A stretch of DNA of 40,500 bases from Candidatus Bathyarchaeia archaeon (GCA_035529355.1 DATKWX010000008.1:1-40500), one strand, 5' to 3'. Positions 15,638 to 24,076 are shown, counted from the stretch's first letter. Numbers and translations: made by a program. Notes: generated from the letters alone by a model not told the origin.

Positions 15638-15640
15638 CCT
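15612..15640. repeat. REP-like palindromic hairpin, copy 2 (degenerate), containing the stop codon of giant gene 1
   Basis: AGGGTCAGACCCT-GTTA-AGGATCTGACCT. It is followed by CCTAACGAA (15638-15646) and CCCTAACGAA (15652-15661), whose reverse complement flanks copy 4. Confidence 0.55.
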
Positions 15641-15707
15641 AACGAATTAAACCCTAACGAACTAAAGAAGCAAAAATACCTTAAGCAAAAATAGTCTTTT
15701 TACCTCA

Positions 15708-15722
15708 TTTTCTTGAGAAAAA
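15708..15722. promoter_or_regulatory. palindromic motif TTTTCTTGAGAAAAA upstream of giant gene 2
   Basis: Exact 15-mer match to 6987-7001. A second shared 13-mer, TTGATCAAAAACA, lies at 15739-15751 (also 6863-6875). Confidence 0.35.
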
Positions 15723-15897
15723 CTGCCGGGTATAAAGTTTGATCAAAAACAGGCAAACTTCAGCTAATTGATTTTAAGATTTTCTTGGATCTTAGTCTCC
15801 AGTCACATAGAACAGAATATTTTTCTTCTTAAAAATGATTTTGATAGCTAATTTTCTTCTACTACAGAAAAAAAGCCAAGAAAGTGAAAATTATTAC

Positions 15898-15928
15898 TTG
15901 ACAGATTATATCCAATTAATGTTAACAT
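15898..15928 (+). promoter_or_regulatory. candidate promoter of giant gene 2
   Basis: TTGACA at 15898-15903 in the same ACTTGACA context as 7139. Only a weak -10 (TAACAT 15923-15928, 19-nt spacer). TATAAT at 15930-15935 is too far away for this -35. Confidence 0.25.
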
Positions 15929-15980
15929 ATATAATATTAGACAGAAAATCAAAAAGAAGTACCCAAAATCTGTTAACAAA

Positions 15981-18900
15981 ATGACTACCAAACTGTCTGT
16001 TCAGCAAAGAATAAGGTTGATAAATAAGGTTACTAAAGAGGGAAGGTCTGTTTCTGAGGTTTGCAAAAAAGCCGGTATTTCCCGTGTCCTTTTTTACCGC
16101 TTACTAAAACGGTATCAGGAAGAGGGAACAGTTAGGCCTAAAAAAAACAAAGGAAAAAGGCCAACCCGGAGAGTCAGCGAAGAAAATGTTATCAAAATAA
16201 TTAGCTTGGTTAAGAAACATCCCCGGTGGTCTTCTCATCAGTTAAGCCAACATGTTTCCACAGGCAATCATGGGGTATGGAATGTTTTAGCCAGGTTGCA
16301 CCTAAATACCGTTAAGAAAAGGGAGTATTTCAGCAAGCAAAGCCGCAATTTAACCTTTGGCCGGTTGCGCAAACTGGCAAGAGGAGAGATTAAAAGTCCC
16401 AAGCCAACAGCTTTAAAACTCAAGGCCAGCAGGCGTTTGGCCATGATTAAGCAAATAGAAGAAGGGCAAAAGCCGGTAGCCCAGGCTTGCCGGGAGTTTG
16501 GTATTTCCCGGCCAGTCTTTTATAAATGGTATCAGCGTTATCTTGAAGCTCCGAGAGGGCAGAAATTGGTGGCCATGAAAGATAAAGAACGGAAAATTGA
16601 ACGCTTTAGCCGCCAGATTCCGGTTAAATACGAAAAAGCGGTGTTGCAGGCAGTGGTTAGGCATCCCGAATACGGGATTAAGAAAATAATGGTTTGTTTA
16701 CCCCAAATAGCGGCTAAGCCAATTGTAGGTTATCATGGCGTTCAGCGGGTTTTGGAAAGGAATAAACTAAACACTTATGAGTTGAGAAAAGCTTATGCTC
16801 AAACTCAGCTAACTCCCGTCATTAGAATCATTAGCATTCTTGAAGATAGCTTTGCCAAAATAGCTTACCTACCTCTTCTTGTCAGACAGAAATTTATCAT
16901 ATTAGGCAGTCTTGCGGTCTTTTCCTGCTTTTTGACCGTGGTAGGATTGGGAGCCTTAGGCTACTTTGGCAGTTTACTAAAACAAGTGCCAGGAAATGCT
17001 AAAATTGGTATTATTTTGGCTGGTAACGCCTTGGTTATTGGTTCAATCTTTTTTTGCTACTCTTTAAAGTACTATTTTAATTTGGCTTTAGTGCTTTCTT
17101 TTTCCAGGCATTCTCCGGAAGAAGGCGGAGGTCTAAGCCTATCCTTAAATGGGATAGTAAATAACAACAGGGCGGGTAATGGTAAAGGCAACGGTAAGCC
17201 TGGGTTTTTAGGTTTCCTTAAAAAGGTCTTTGGGGTTGACCTAGGCGCTAATGAGGGCGGTAACGGTTTTAAGAATGGCAAAAAGACATTTTTAGGTAAT
17301 GGTTTACGAATGCAGGATGGTGGTTTACAGATTAATATGGAGAGGATTGACCTTAACCGTCATCCTTTCATTTCCGTCCAGATCCCTTTGTACAATGAGA
17401 AGAGAGTAGCCAAAAGAGTCATCAAGGCCTGCATGGCCATGAAGTATGGCCCTGACTGGCCAGATAAACCCCAGTTTGAGGTAATCGTTTGTGATGACTC
17501 CAATGATGAAACCAGTAAACTCATCTCAGACCTCCAGCAAACCTATGGCAAGGTTAAGGTAGTTAGGGGAGAAGACGGAGAAAAGATCTCCCAAGTCTCA
17601 GCCATCGGTAAACCTACCCTCAAGGTAATCCATCGGGAGAACAGGGAAGGTTTCAAAGGCAAAGCTTTATCTTATGCCCTGAAGCACATGGATCCTCAAA
17701 CCGAGTTTGTTTGTGTCTTTGATGCTGACTTTGTTCCTTACCCCGATACCTTAATCCAGTTTATCAAGTATTTTAAGGCTACCGGTGGCTTTGAAGAAAA
17801 ACAGAGTTTTGTAACAAAGAATATTAGTTCGATACCATATGATATATTGGCAAGGAATAATCCACAGGGAAATACCAACCTAACCAGAGATCAGAAGCAA
17901 GCCTATCAAACCCAGGAAGCAAGACTTAAGAACAAGTCCAATATAGCCTGTATTGCCGGCTACCAATGGCATGTCTTAAACAAATCAGAAAACTGGATTA
18001 CTAGGGGAGTCAGATCAGAATATGCCGGATCCTACGTCATTGAAAGACCAAGCCAGGAAATCCTAGGCAGTTTAAAGCTTATCCATGGCTCTTCATACTG
18101 CATGAGAGCTGATGTCCTAAAGCACTTTGGCTGGGGTAGTAGTATTACTGAAGACTTTGAACTTACCCTAAGACTATATGAAAAAGGTTTCAAGGTTGTC
18201 TACACTCCCTATGTCCAAGCTCCGGCTGAGTGTGTGAGTACCATCAAAAGACTGGTTAGACAGAGAATGAGATGGGCTGAAGGCCACTCGTTTAATATCA
18301 AGAAGATGTTCTGGTTGCTGATAAAAAGTCCAGGGATGAACTTAATGGAGAAAACAGAGCTTTTATATTACACACCCTATTACCTCCAGGCATTTTTATT
18401 TTTAGTTGGCACTTTTTCCTGGTTGTTGGCAGAAACCGTCTTTAAAGCCCATCTGCCTTTCTGGACCTCACTTTGGGGTTGGAGTCTAATTTTGACCAAC
18501 TTTTTCAGCCTGCCTTTACTTAATGCCGTGGGTTTATTCCTTGAGGAAGCGGAGGAAAAAGATTATTCAGGCCTGATTTCCTTTATTATCCTTTCCTACA
18601 TCCTTGTTCCTTTTCAAGCTTATGCTTCGGTCAAAGGATTCCTGGAGAAAGAAGAAGGTCCCTGGTTCAGAACTCCCAAGACTGGAAAGATTACTGATAT
18701 TTTTAAAAGAGGTCAATTTTACCGTTGGATAGCAGGAATTTTGCCCAGGCGGGAACCAGCATTGCAAGGAGTGATGGGAAGCGGCTTGGTTCCTGCTTAT
18801 GCTTATCAGCAAAACCCTTATTTGGTCCGGCAAACAGCCACAGGCTGGTTTAACAATTTTCGCGTCCAACCCAAGCGTTTGCGTTGGGTTTCAAAAATGG

Positions 18901-19595
18901 CCTTGTCTCTTTTACTGGCTTTTTCCGTGACTCTTTTAAGTTTAAGTCAAGGGGTAAGAGAAGTTCAGGCAAGCCCTTGGAACAATTTATACTTACATGA
19001 AGATAATGGGGTATGCAGCACTTTGGATACCATGACGACTTCAGTCGGAACAACAGGCCAACAGCAAATAGTGATTTCCGCCTCAAATACGGGTCCTTTT
19101 AACTGGTATTCAAACTCCTTGCCTACCGGTACTCTTGATGCTTCAACAACCGCTGGCAACTGGAATTTCCATTGGGAGGGAGTATTTTATGCTGCCGCTG
19201 GTGGAGCCAAGGTGGTACTTAATATTGTGATTAGTTTGGTTGATGCTTCAGATTGTAGCAGCAGTGCCGATAATTTATATAGCGGAACTTACCAGTTTAG
19301 CTCCAATGGTCCGATAACGATTACTACTGCTGTTCCAGCACGAACAATCACTACGGCTGCTCCCAAAAGAGTCAGGTGGCAGACTTCTTGGAGTAGTACC
19401 AATAAGGCCGGTTCGACAATGAGCATTAAATACAATGATACGGTGGTCAGTGGTTTTGATTCCAATCTTCAGCCAGCGACTTTAACGATTCCGGAAAGAC
19501 TAGTTTTACTGCTGGTGGTAGCGCCCTTTATTCCCATACTTGCAAGTTGGCTTAAGAAGAAAAGAGAAAAGGGTCAGACCCTTGACAGGGTCTGA
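15981..19595 (+). CDS. paralogous multidomain membrane protein: 2x HTH modules + processive GT2 synthase + short ectodomain + C-terminal sorting signal
   Basis: 1204-aa ORF. 15981 to about 16800: two HTH modules (GISRVLFYRLLKRYQEEG; GISRPVFYKWYQRYLEAPRG; HPEYGIKKIM). TM helices and an NG linker follow. 17361-18300: GT2 core nearly identical in DNA to copy 1, with QRMRW at 18261-18275. More TM helices and PWFRTPKTGK follow. 18897-18955: TM anchor. The ectodomain is about 180 aa. 19491-19592: PER-TM-KKKREK tail. Confidence 0.85.
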   Translation: MTTKLSVQQRIRLINKVTKEGRSVSEVCKKAGISRVLFYRLLKRYQEEGTVRPKKNKGKRPTRRVSEENVIKIISLVKKHPRWSSHQLSQHVSTGNHGVWNVLARLHLNTVKKREYFSKQSRNLTFGRLRKLARGEIKSPKPTALKLKASRRLAMIKQIEEGQKPVAQACREFGISRPVFYKWYQRYLEAPRGQKLVAMKDKERKIERFSRQIPVKYEKAVLQAVVRHPEYGIKKIMVCLPQIAAKPIVGYHGVQRVLERNKLNTYELRKAYAQTQLTPVIRIISILEDSFAKIAYLPLLVRQKFIILGSLAVFSCFLTVVGLGALGYFGSLLKQVPGNAKIGIILAGNALVIGSIFFCYSLKYYFNLALVLSFSRHSPEEGGGLSLSLNGIVNNNRAGNGKGNGKPGFLGFLKKVFGVDLGANEGGNGFKNGKKTFLGNGLRMQDGGLQINMERIDLNRHPFISVQIPLYNEKRVAKRVIKACMAMKYGPDWPDKPQFEVIVCDDSNDETSKLISDLQQTYGKVKVVRGEDGEKISQVSAIGKPTLKVIHRENREGFKGKALSYALKHMDPQTEFVCVFDADFVPYPDTLIQFIKYFKATGGFEEKQSFVTKNISSIPYDILARNNPQGNTNLTRDQKQAYQTQEARLKNKSNIACIAGYQWHVLNKSENWITRGVRSEYAGSYVIERPSQEILGSLKLIHGSSYCMRADVLKHFGWGSSITEDFELTLRLYEKGFKVVYTPYVQAPAECVSTIKRLVRQRMRWAEGHSFNIKKMFWLLIKSPGMNLMEKTELLYYTPYYLQAFLFLVGTFSWLLAETVFKAHLPFWTSLWGWSLILTNFFSLPLLNAVGLFLEEAEEKDYSGLISFIILSYILVPFQAYASVKGFLEKEEGPWFRTPKTGKITDIFKRGQFYRWIAGILPRREPALQGVMGSGLVPAYAYQQNPYLVRQTATGWFNNFRVQPKRLRWVSKMALSLLLAFSVTLLSLSQGVREVQASPWNNLYLHEDNGVCSTLDTMTTSVGTTGQQQIVISASNTGPFNWYSNSLPTGTLDASTTAGNWNFHWEGVFYAAAGGAKVVLNIVISLVDASDCSSSADNLYSGTYQFSSNGPITITTAVPARTITTAAPKRVRWQTSWSSTNKAGSTMSIKYNDTVVSGFDSNLQPATLTIPERLVLLLVVAPFIPILASWLKKKREKGQTLDRV
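19491..19592 (+). other. C-terminal tripartite sorting signal (PER - hydrophobic helix - KKKREK)
   Basis: PERLVLLLVVAPFIPILASWLKKKREKGQTLDRV. It shares (V/I)PE-x-L, PFIP and a Lys-rich cluster with the 15545-15634 signal, although the two ectodomains are unrelated. Confidence 0.55.
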
Positions 19596-19598
19596 CCC
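19571..19598. repeat. REP-like palindromic hairpin, copy 3, containing the stop codon of giant gene 2 and lying 5' of the RAYT gene
   Basis: GGGTCAGACCCT-TGAC-AGGGTCTGACCC, a 12-bp perfect stem. The loop TGAC is the reverse complement of the copy 1 loop GTCA. Confidence 0.65.
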
Positions 19599-19615
19599 TC
19601 ATGTTAGCCTGAGCT

Positions 19616-20275
19616 ATGCCCAGAAAGAATGTGGTGAAAATTTACGTTGAAGACGGCTATTACCATCTCTATAACAGAGGTGTAGAGAAAAGAGTGATTT
19701 TTAGCGACAAAAGGGATTATAAAACTTTCCTTTACTTTTTAAAAAGCTACCTCACACCTGTGCCAAAAAAGATTCCTCCTTTTGACAGGCGGCAAGTAAG
19801 GAGTTTATCAAAGGATATTGATTTGCTTGTTTACTGCCTTATGCCTAACCATTTCCATTTATTAGTTAAACAGAAAAGCGAAAGGGGAATAACTAAATTT
19901 ATGCGCGCCTTATGTACTAATTACGTGATGTATTTTAATCAAAGGTATCAGCGTTTGGGAGGTTTATTTCAAAGTGCTTATAAAGCGGTTTTGGTAGAAA
20001 CTGATGAGCAACTATTGCATCTTTCCCGGTATATTCATTTGAATCCATCAGAATTACTTGGGAAACATCAATTATTAGAAGATTACCTTTATTCAAGCTA
20101 CGATGACTATATGGGAAAAAGAAAGACAAATTGGCTTAAAACAGAAACGATTTTGGATTATTTTAAAACTGCTCGTAAAACCAGCCTTAATGATTTTCTT
20201 TCTTATCAAGGTTTTGTGGAATCTTATAAAGAAGACGAGAAGGAATTCAGTTTTAAAGGAGTAACGTTAGAATAA
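19616..20275 (+). CDS. REP-associated tyrosine transposase (RAYT; IS200/IS605-like Y1 HUH transposase)
   Basis: 219 aa. YHLYNRGVEKRVIF; HUH motif in LVYCLMPNHFHLLVKQ; GGLFQSAYKAVLV with the catalytic-type Tyr; LSRYIHLNP. The gene is bracketed by REP hairpins at 19571-19598 and 20297-20330. Confidence 0.85.
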   Translation: MPRKNVVKIYVEDGYYHLYNRGVEKRVIFSDKRDYKTFLYFLKSYLTPVPKKIPPFDRRQVRSLSKDIDLLVYCLMPNHFHLLVKQKSERGITKFMRALCTNYVMYFNQRYQRLGGLFQSAYKAVLVETDEQLLHLSRYIHLNPSELLGKHQLLEDYLYSSYDDYMGKRKTNWLKTETILDYFKTARKTSLNDFLSYQGFVESYKEDEKEFSFKGVTLE

Positions 20276-20296
20276 TTATTATTTGTTTTTTATTCG

Positions 20297-20330
20297 TTAG
20301 GGTCTGACCCTGTTAAGGGTCAGACCCTAA
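20297..20330. repeat. REP-like palindromic hairpin, copy 4 (3' of RAYT)
   Basis: TTAGGGTCTGACCCT-GTTA-AGGGTCAGACCCTAA, a 15-bp perfect stem. The central A-T pair is flipped relative to copies 1-3, which preserves pairing. The 5' flank TTCGTTAGGG is the reverse complement of CCCTAACGAA next to copy 2. Confidence 0.65.
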
Positions 20331-20340
20331 CATAGGAAAA

Positions 20341-21660
20341 ATGCCATTTAAGCGTCCGAAAAAAGAAGAAACCTTAGCCAAAAAAGCAGTCAAAAGAAAC
20401 TATCGTCTTTTTTTTAACAACCGGCTTATGACAATTTTACCCCGGTGGTGGGTAGGGACAGCAGAGATTTTGGGTTTAACGCTTCTTTTTTTGCTAAACT
20501 TCCTTTTGCTTTTGCCCTTTTTTGGCCAGGAAGATAAGTCTAATATTTTTTCTGCGCCCTTAATCCCGGTTTTAAGTAAACTGTTTTTTTTAATGTCTTT
20601 TCCCGTGGCAATTCGTTTTTGGTTGCTGTTTTTTATTCTTTTTCTGCCGGTTACGTTCTATTTTTTTGTCCGGGAGATTTCCGGCCGGAGAATAACGGCT
20701 TTTTTGGCCTCCTTGATTATTAGCTTGCCGTTGGGCATTTTTCTACCTTTAAGATTAAAACTGGCTCTTTTTACTGAAGACGGCAACCATATTGCTTCCT
20801 TGACTTTAGGCATTTTAGCTTGCTTGTTTTTGTTAAGATTTTTGCGCAGCGGTAATTTTAAAATGGGTGTAAGTTCCAGCTTACTTATAAGCCTGGTGGC
20901 TTTAACTTCGCCTTTGGGGTTGTTTATCCTCGGCTGTTTTAGCTTGGCGATTAGTTTTTCCGAGATGCTTTTAAGTCAAGGAAGATTAAAGTTTTTCCGT
21001 TTTTTAACGGTTTTTATGCTGGCTGCGGGATTAGTATCTTTTTGGTACAATCCCGGTTTTGTTTTTCTGATTGTTGCTTCACCCCAAGGAGAGTTGATAA
21101 AAGGAACTTTGGCCAGTTTGTTCCCTTTGTCCTTTTTTTTGGTGCCTTTGCTGGGCGCTTTCGGTTTTTTGCTTTTTGAAAACCGTCCTCGCCTCCAACC
21201 GCTTTTTTTAGCCGTGTTTTTAAGCATTGGTTTTGGCCTTTTGTCTTTAGGCGCTGGCATGCAACTTTCCAGCCCCTACCGTTTTTTGCCCAGTTTAGGG
21301 ATGGCTTTGGCCTTTTTAGGAAGCATTGTCCTGGCAAGAATTTTTGATTTTTTGAAAAGAAGGCGCAGTTTCCGGCAGTTTAGCGGCATAAGCCGATACA
21401 GAAAACAGATTTTGTTTTTCTCAATTACTTTGTTTTTTACCATCATTACTTCTATTATTATGGCTTCAGCTAAAAATTTCGGACAACTGGAGCAAGAAGA
21501 GGTTTTAGGCTTGGTTGACTCCAAAACAACGGGAATTTGGGAGGCTAGGAACGCTATTGGCTGGTTTCACCACATTATAGGTGGTAGCATTAGTTTTTCG
21601 ACCGCAGGTTTGCTTATCTTTATCAGAAAACAGCTTGCTAAGCAAAAAAATGAGGAATAA
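20341..21660 (+). CDS. polytopic integral membrane protein (possible polymerase/GT-C-like; unassigned)
   Basis: 439-aa ORF, hydrophobic throughout (more than 10 predicted helices) with a basic N-terminus. It is the first gene of a same-strand, overlapping gene string. Confidence 0.6.
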   Translation: MPFKRPKKEETLAKKAVKRNYRLFFNNRLMTILPRWWVGTAEILGLTLLFLLNFLLLLPFFGQEDKSNIFSAPLIPVLSKLFFLMSFPVAIRFWLLFFILFLPVTFYFFVREISGRRITAFLASLIISLPLGIFLPLRLKLALFTEDGNHIASLTLGILACLFLLRFLRSGNFKMGVSSSLLISLVALTSPLGLFILGCFSLAISFSEMLLSQGRLKFFRFLTVFMLAAGLVSFWYNPGFVFLIVASPQGELIKGTLASLFPLSFFLVPLLGAFGFLLFENRPRLQPLFLAVFLSIGFGLLSLGAGMQLSSPYRFLPSLGMALAFLGSIVLARIFDFLKRRRSFRQFSGISRYRKQILFFSITLFFTIITSIIMASAKNFGQLEQEEVLGLVDSKTTGIWEARNAIGWFHHIIGGSISFSTAGLLIFIRKQLAKQKNEE

Positions 21661-22657
21661 AGTTCTAATCATCGGCGGAGCTGGCTTTATCGGCGTTAAT
21701 TTAGCCGATTTTTATCTTAAAAATGGTTGGCAAGTGAGTTTAGTGGATAATCTCAGCCGTTTGGGTTCAAAGAAAAACTTGGACTGGCTTTTGAAAAAAT
21801 GGGGTAGTGGGTTTAAGTTTCAAAGAATAGACTTAGGTCAGCTTGAACAATTAAAAAACGAATTAGAAAAAGCTGACGTTGTTTTTCATTTAGCAGCTCA
21901 GGTGGCAGTAACCAGTTCCTTAAAAAATCCAGCTTTGGATTTTGAAGTTAACTTAAAGGGTAGTTTTGAGCTTTTGGAAATGGTTAGGAAATTAAAACGC
22001 AGGCCGGTTTTAATTTATGCCTCAACCAACAAAGTCTATGGTGATTTGAAAAATATTAAGATAAATGAAAAGGCTAAAAGGTATGTTTTTGGCGTCTCCT
22101 TCAAAGGAATTTCCGAAGACCAACCGCTTGATTTTCGTTCGCCCTATAGCTGTTCCAAAGGCGGAGCTGATGCCTATTTTCAGGATTATGGCCGTTTATT
22201 TGGTTTAAAAACCGTGGTTTTTCGCCAATCTTGTATTTACGGCCCTCATCAGTACGGCAACGAAGATCAAGGCTGGCTTAGTCATTTTCTGAAGCAGGCA
22301 ATTTCGGGCCTGCCGATTAGTATTTATGGTAATGGTAAGCAAGTTAGAGATGTTTTATGGATAGAAGATTTAATTGAGGCTTACGACTTGGCAGTTAGAA
22401 ACATTACTAAAGTTAAAGGAGAAGTTTTTAATATTGGTGGCGGCTATAAGAATAGCCTTTCTTTATTGGAGCTTACTGACATACTGGAAAAAAAGCTTGG
22501 GAAAAAGATTAGGCTTAAATTTGAAAAGGAGAGAGTAGCAGACCAAAAGATTTTTATCAGCGATAACCGCAAGTTGGAAAAGAGACTTGGTTGGCAGCCA
22601 GAGACCAGTTACACTCAAGGGATTGGAAGGATGCTAAAATGGCTAAAAGAAAGATAA
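21650..22657 (+). CDS. NAD-dependent sugar-nucleotide epimerase/dehydratase (extended SDR)
   Basis: Rossmann motif VLIIGGAGFIGVNL directly after ATG 21650. The ORF track begins at an upstream GTG at 21581. Also STNKVYGD and the YSCSK (YxxxK) catalytic motif. The start overlaps the stop of the previous gene. Confidence 0.8.
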   Translation: MRNKVLIIGGAGFIGVNLADFYLKNGWQVSLVDNLSRLGSKKNLDWLLKKWGSGFKFQRIDLGQLEQLKNELEKADVVFHLAAQVAVTSSLKNPALDFEVNLKGSFELLEMVRKLKRRPVLIYASTNKVYGDLKNIKINEKAKRYVFGVSFKGISEDQPLDFRSPYSCSKGGADAYFQDYGRLFGLKTVVFRQSCIYGPHQYGNEDQGWLSHFLKQAISGLPISIYGNGKQVRDVLWIEDLIEAYDLAVRNITKVKGEVFNIGGGYKNSLSLLELTDILEKKLGKKIRLKFEKERVADQKIFISDNRKLEKRLGWQPETSYTQGIGRMLKWLKER

Positions 22658-23877
22658 AAATTGCTGTTTTCCAATGTAGTTTTGTTTATTCCGGAGGTGG
22701 CGAAAGGATTGTTTTGGAGGAGGTTAAAGGGTTGCGGAAAAGGGGATATAAAGTCTTTTGCTGGGCGCCAGCTTTGGAGGAAAAAAAATCTTTTCCCGGA
22801 ATGATCAAAAAAGTTAAAGTTAAAACCTTTTTACCCCAACTGCCTTCCTGGTTTCCCGCAAGACATGCTTTTTCTATGATTGCCTCAAGCATCTTTGCTC
22901 CTTTTCTAAGCTGGCGTTTTAAAGATGTTGATCTTTTTTTGACCGCCGGCCAACCCAGTGCCTGGATTGCTTTTTGCTGCGCCAAAATTTTAGGCAAGCC
23001 CTATATTACTTACCTTAACCAGCCGAACCGCTTGCTTTACCAGCGCGAGGTAGACAAAGAGAGCCGGTGGCAAACAGAGAAAAGCTACTATTTTTTAAAC
23101 CGTGTCATTCAGAATTTCCGAAGTATAGTTAACATCCTTGATAAGATTTCTTTTCAAAAAGCAAACCAAATGCTTGTCAACGGCGCTTATATGGCTGGAG
23201 TAGTGGAACAAGTTTATCAGAGAAAACCGCAGCTTTGTCCGGCCGGCGCTTATCTTAAACCTTTTGCCAAGCTGAAGTTGAACCCGACGACCAATTATAA
23301 AGGTTTGCTAAAATTAGGCAGGGTTTTAATTCCGAAGCCATTTATCTTGATTACCAATCGGCATGAACCGCAAAAAAAGTTTGAATATGTAATCCAAGCC
23401 CTAAAGCGAGTTTTAGCAAAATATCCTCATGTTTTTTTAGTCATTCCCGGGCCGTTTACCAGCTATACACCAGGGCTGATTAGCCTGGCCAAAAAACTTA
23501 AGGTAGAGGAAAGAGTTTTGTTCTTAGGAGAAATTTCCGAAGCCAAACTGCAAAAACTTTATCAGCAGGCGGCCGTCTATTGTTATCCGGCGCCGGAAGA
23601 GGATTTTGGTTTAGGGCCATTGGAAGCTGGCGCTTGGGGGGTGCCCACAGTCGCTTGGAATAAAGCCGGACCGACAGTCACGGTCAAAAACGGAGTGACC
23701 GGTTTTTTAGTCAGGCCTTTTAAGGTTGGGGACTATGCGGAGAAAATAATAAGGTTGCTAAAAAATCCTAAGTTGCGGGCCAAAATGGGCAAAGCCAGCT
23801 GGCAAAGGGTAAAAAACCAGTTTGTTTGGGAGAAACATATTGATATCCTGGAAAAAGAAATAAAAAAATTAATCTAA
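22639..23877 (+). CDS. GT4-family (GT-B fold) glycosyltransferase
   Basis: The N-terminus KIAVFQCSFVYSGGGERIVLEE begins from ATG 22639 (the track starts at TTG 22591). E-x7-E motif EDFGLGPLE. It is a paralog of the 30376-31638 gene. Confidence 0.8.
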   Translation: MAKRKIKIAVFQCSFVYSGGGERIVLEEVKGLRKRGYKVFCWAPALEEKKSFPGMIKKVKVKTFLPQLPSWFPARHAFSMIASSIFAPFLSWRFKDVDLFLTAGQPSAWIAFCCAKILGKPYITYLNQPNRLLYQREVDKESRWQTEKSYYFLNRVIQNFRSIVNILDKISFQKANQMLVNGAYMAGVVEQVYQRKPQLCPAGAYLKPFAKLKLNPTTNYKGLLKLGRVLIPKPFILITNRHEPQKKFEYVIQALKRVLAKYPHVFLVIPGPFTSYTPGLISLAKKLKVEERVLFLGEISEAKLQKLYQQAAVYCYPAPEEDFGLGPLEAGAWGVPTVAWNKAGPTVTVKNGVTGFLVRPFKVGDYAEKIIRLLKNPKLRAKMGKASWQRVKNQFVWEKHIDILEKEIKKLI

Positions 23878-23912
23878 CGTGAATTACGAAATAGTTAGCC
23901 TTATTGTTCAAT

Positions 23913-24002
23913 GTCATTCCCGATCCGATCGGGAATCTATAGACGTCATTCCCATGAAAATGGGAAACTATATAAATAGATTCCCGCCTACGCGGGAATG
24001 AC
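23913..24002. repeat. intergenic cluster of three GTCATTCC..GGAATGAC-family hairpin units
   Basis: 23913-23937: GTCATTCCCGAT-CCG-ATCGGGAATC. 23945-23968: GTCATTCCCAT-GAAA-ATGGGAAAC. 23980-24002: ATTCCCGC-CTAC-GCGGGAATGAC. The first two units carry the 5' GTCAT flank and the last carries the 3' ATGAC flank. Confidence 0.6.
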
Positions 24003-24054
24003 AGAGGTAGATTTTGTAACTCAAGCTAATTTAATGATCTAAAACCTTGCATTT

Positions 24055-24076
24055 CTGACTAACGGCTGTTAGTCAG
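24055..24076 (+). promoter_or_regulatory. 5'-UTR hairpin abutting the Shine-Dalgarno of the 24090 gene
   Basis: CTGACTAAC-GGCT-GTTAGTCAG, a 9-bp perfect stem. It is followed directly by AAAGGAGAGG and ATG 24090. Confidence 0.3.

Noticed and set aside
20976-21524. Three - strand ORFs (20976-21260, 21014-21337, 21276-21524) rich in Lys, Arg and Pro
   Set aside because: They are antisense to the Phe/Leu-rich membrane protein gene. TTT/CTT-rich sense codons give AAA/AAG-rich antisense frames, which is a typical shadow-ORF artefact.
23913-24002. Possible CRISPR array
   Set aside because: The units are individually palindromic with differing inner stems. Spacing is irregular (8-11 nt), there are only three units, and there are no spacers of normal length or cas genes.
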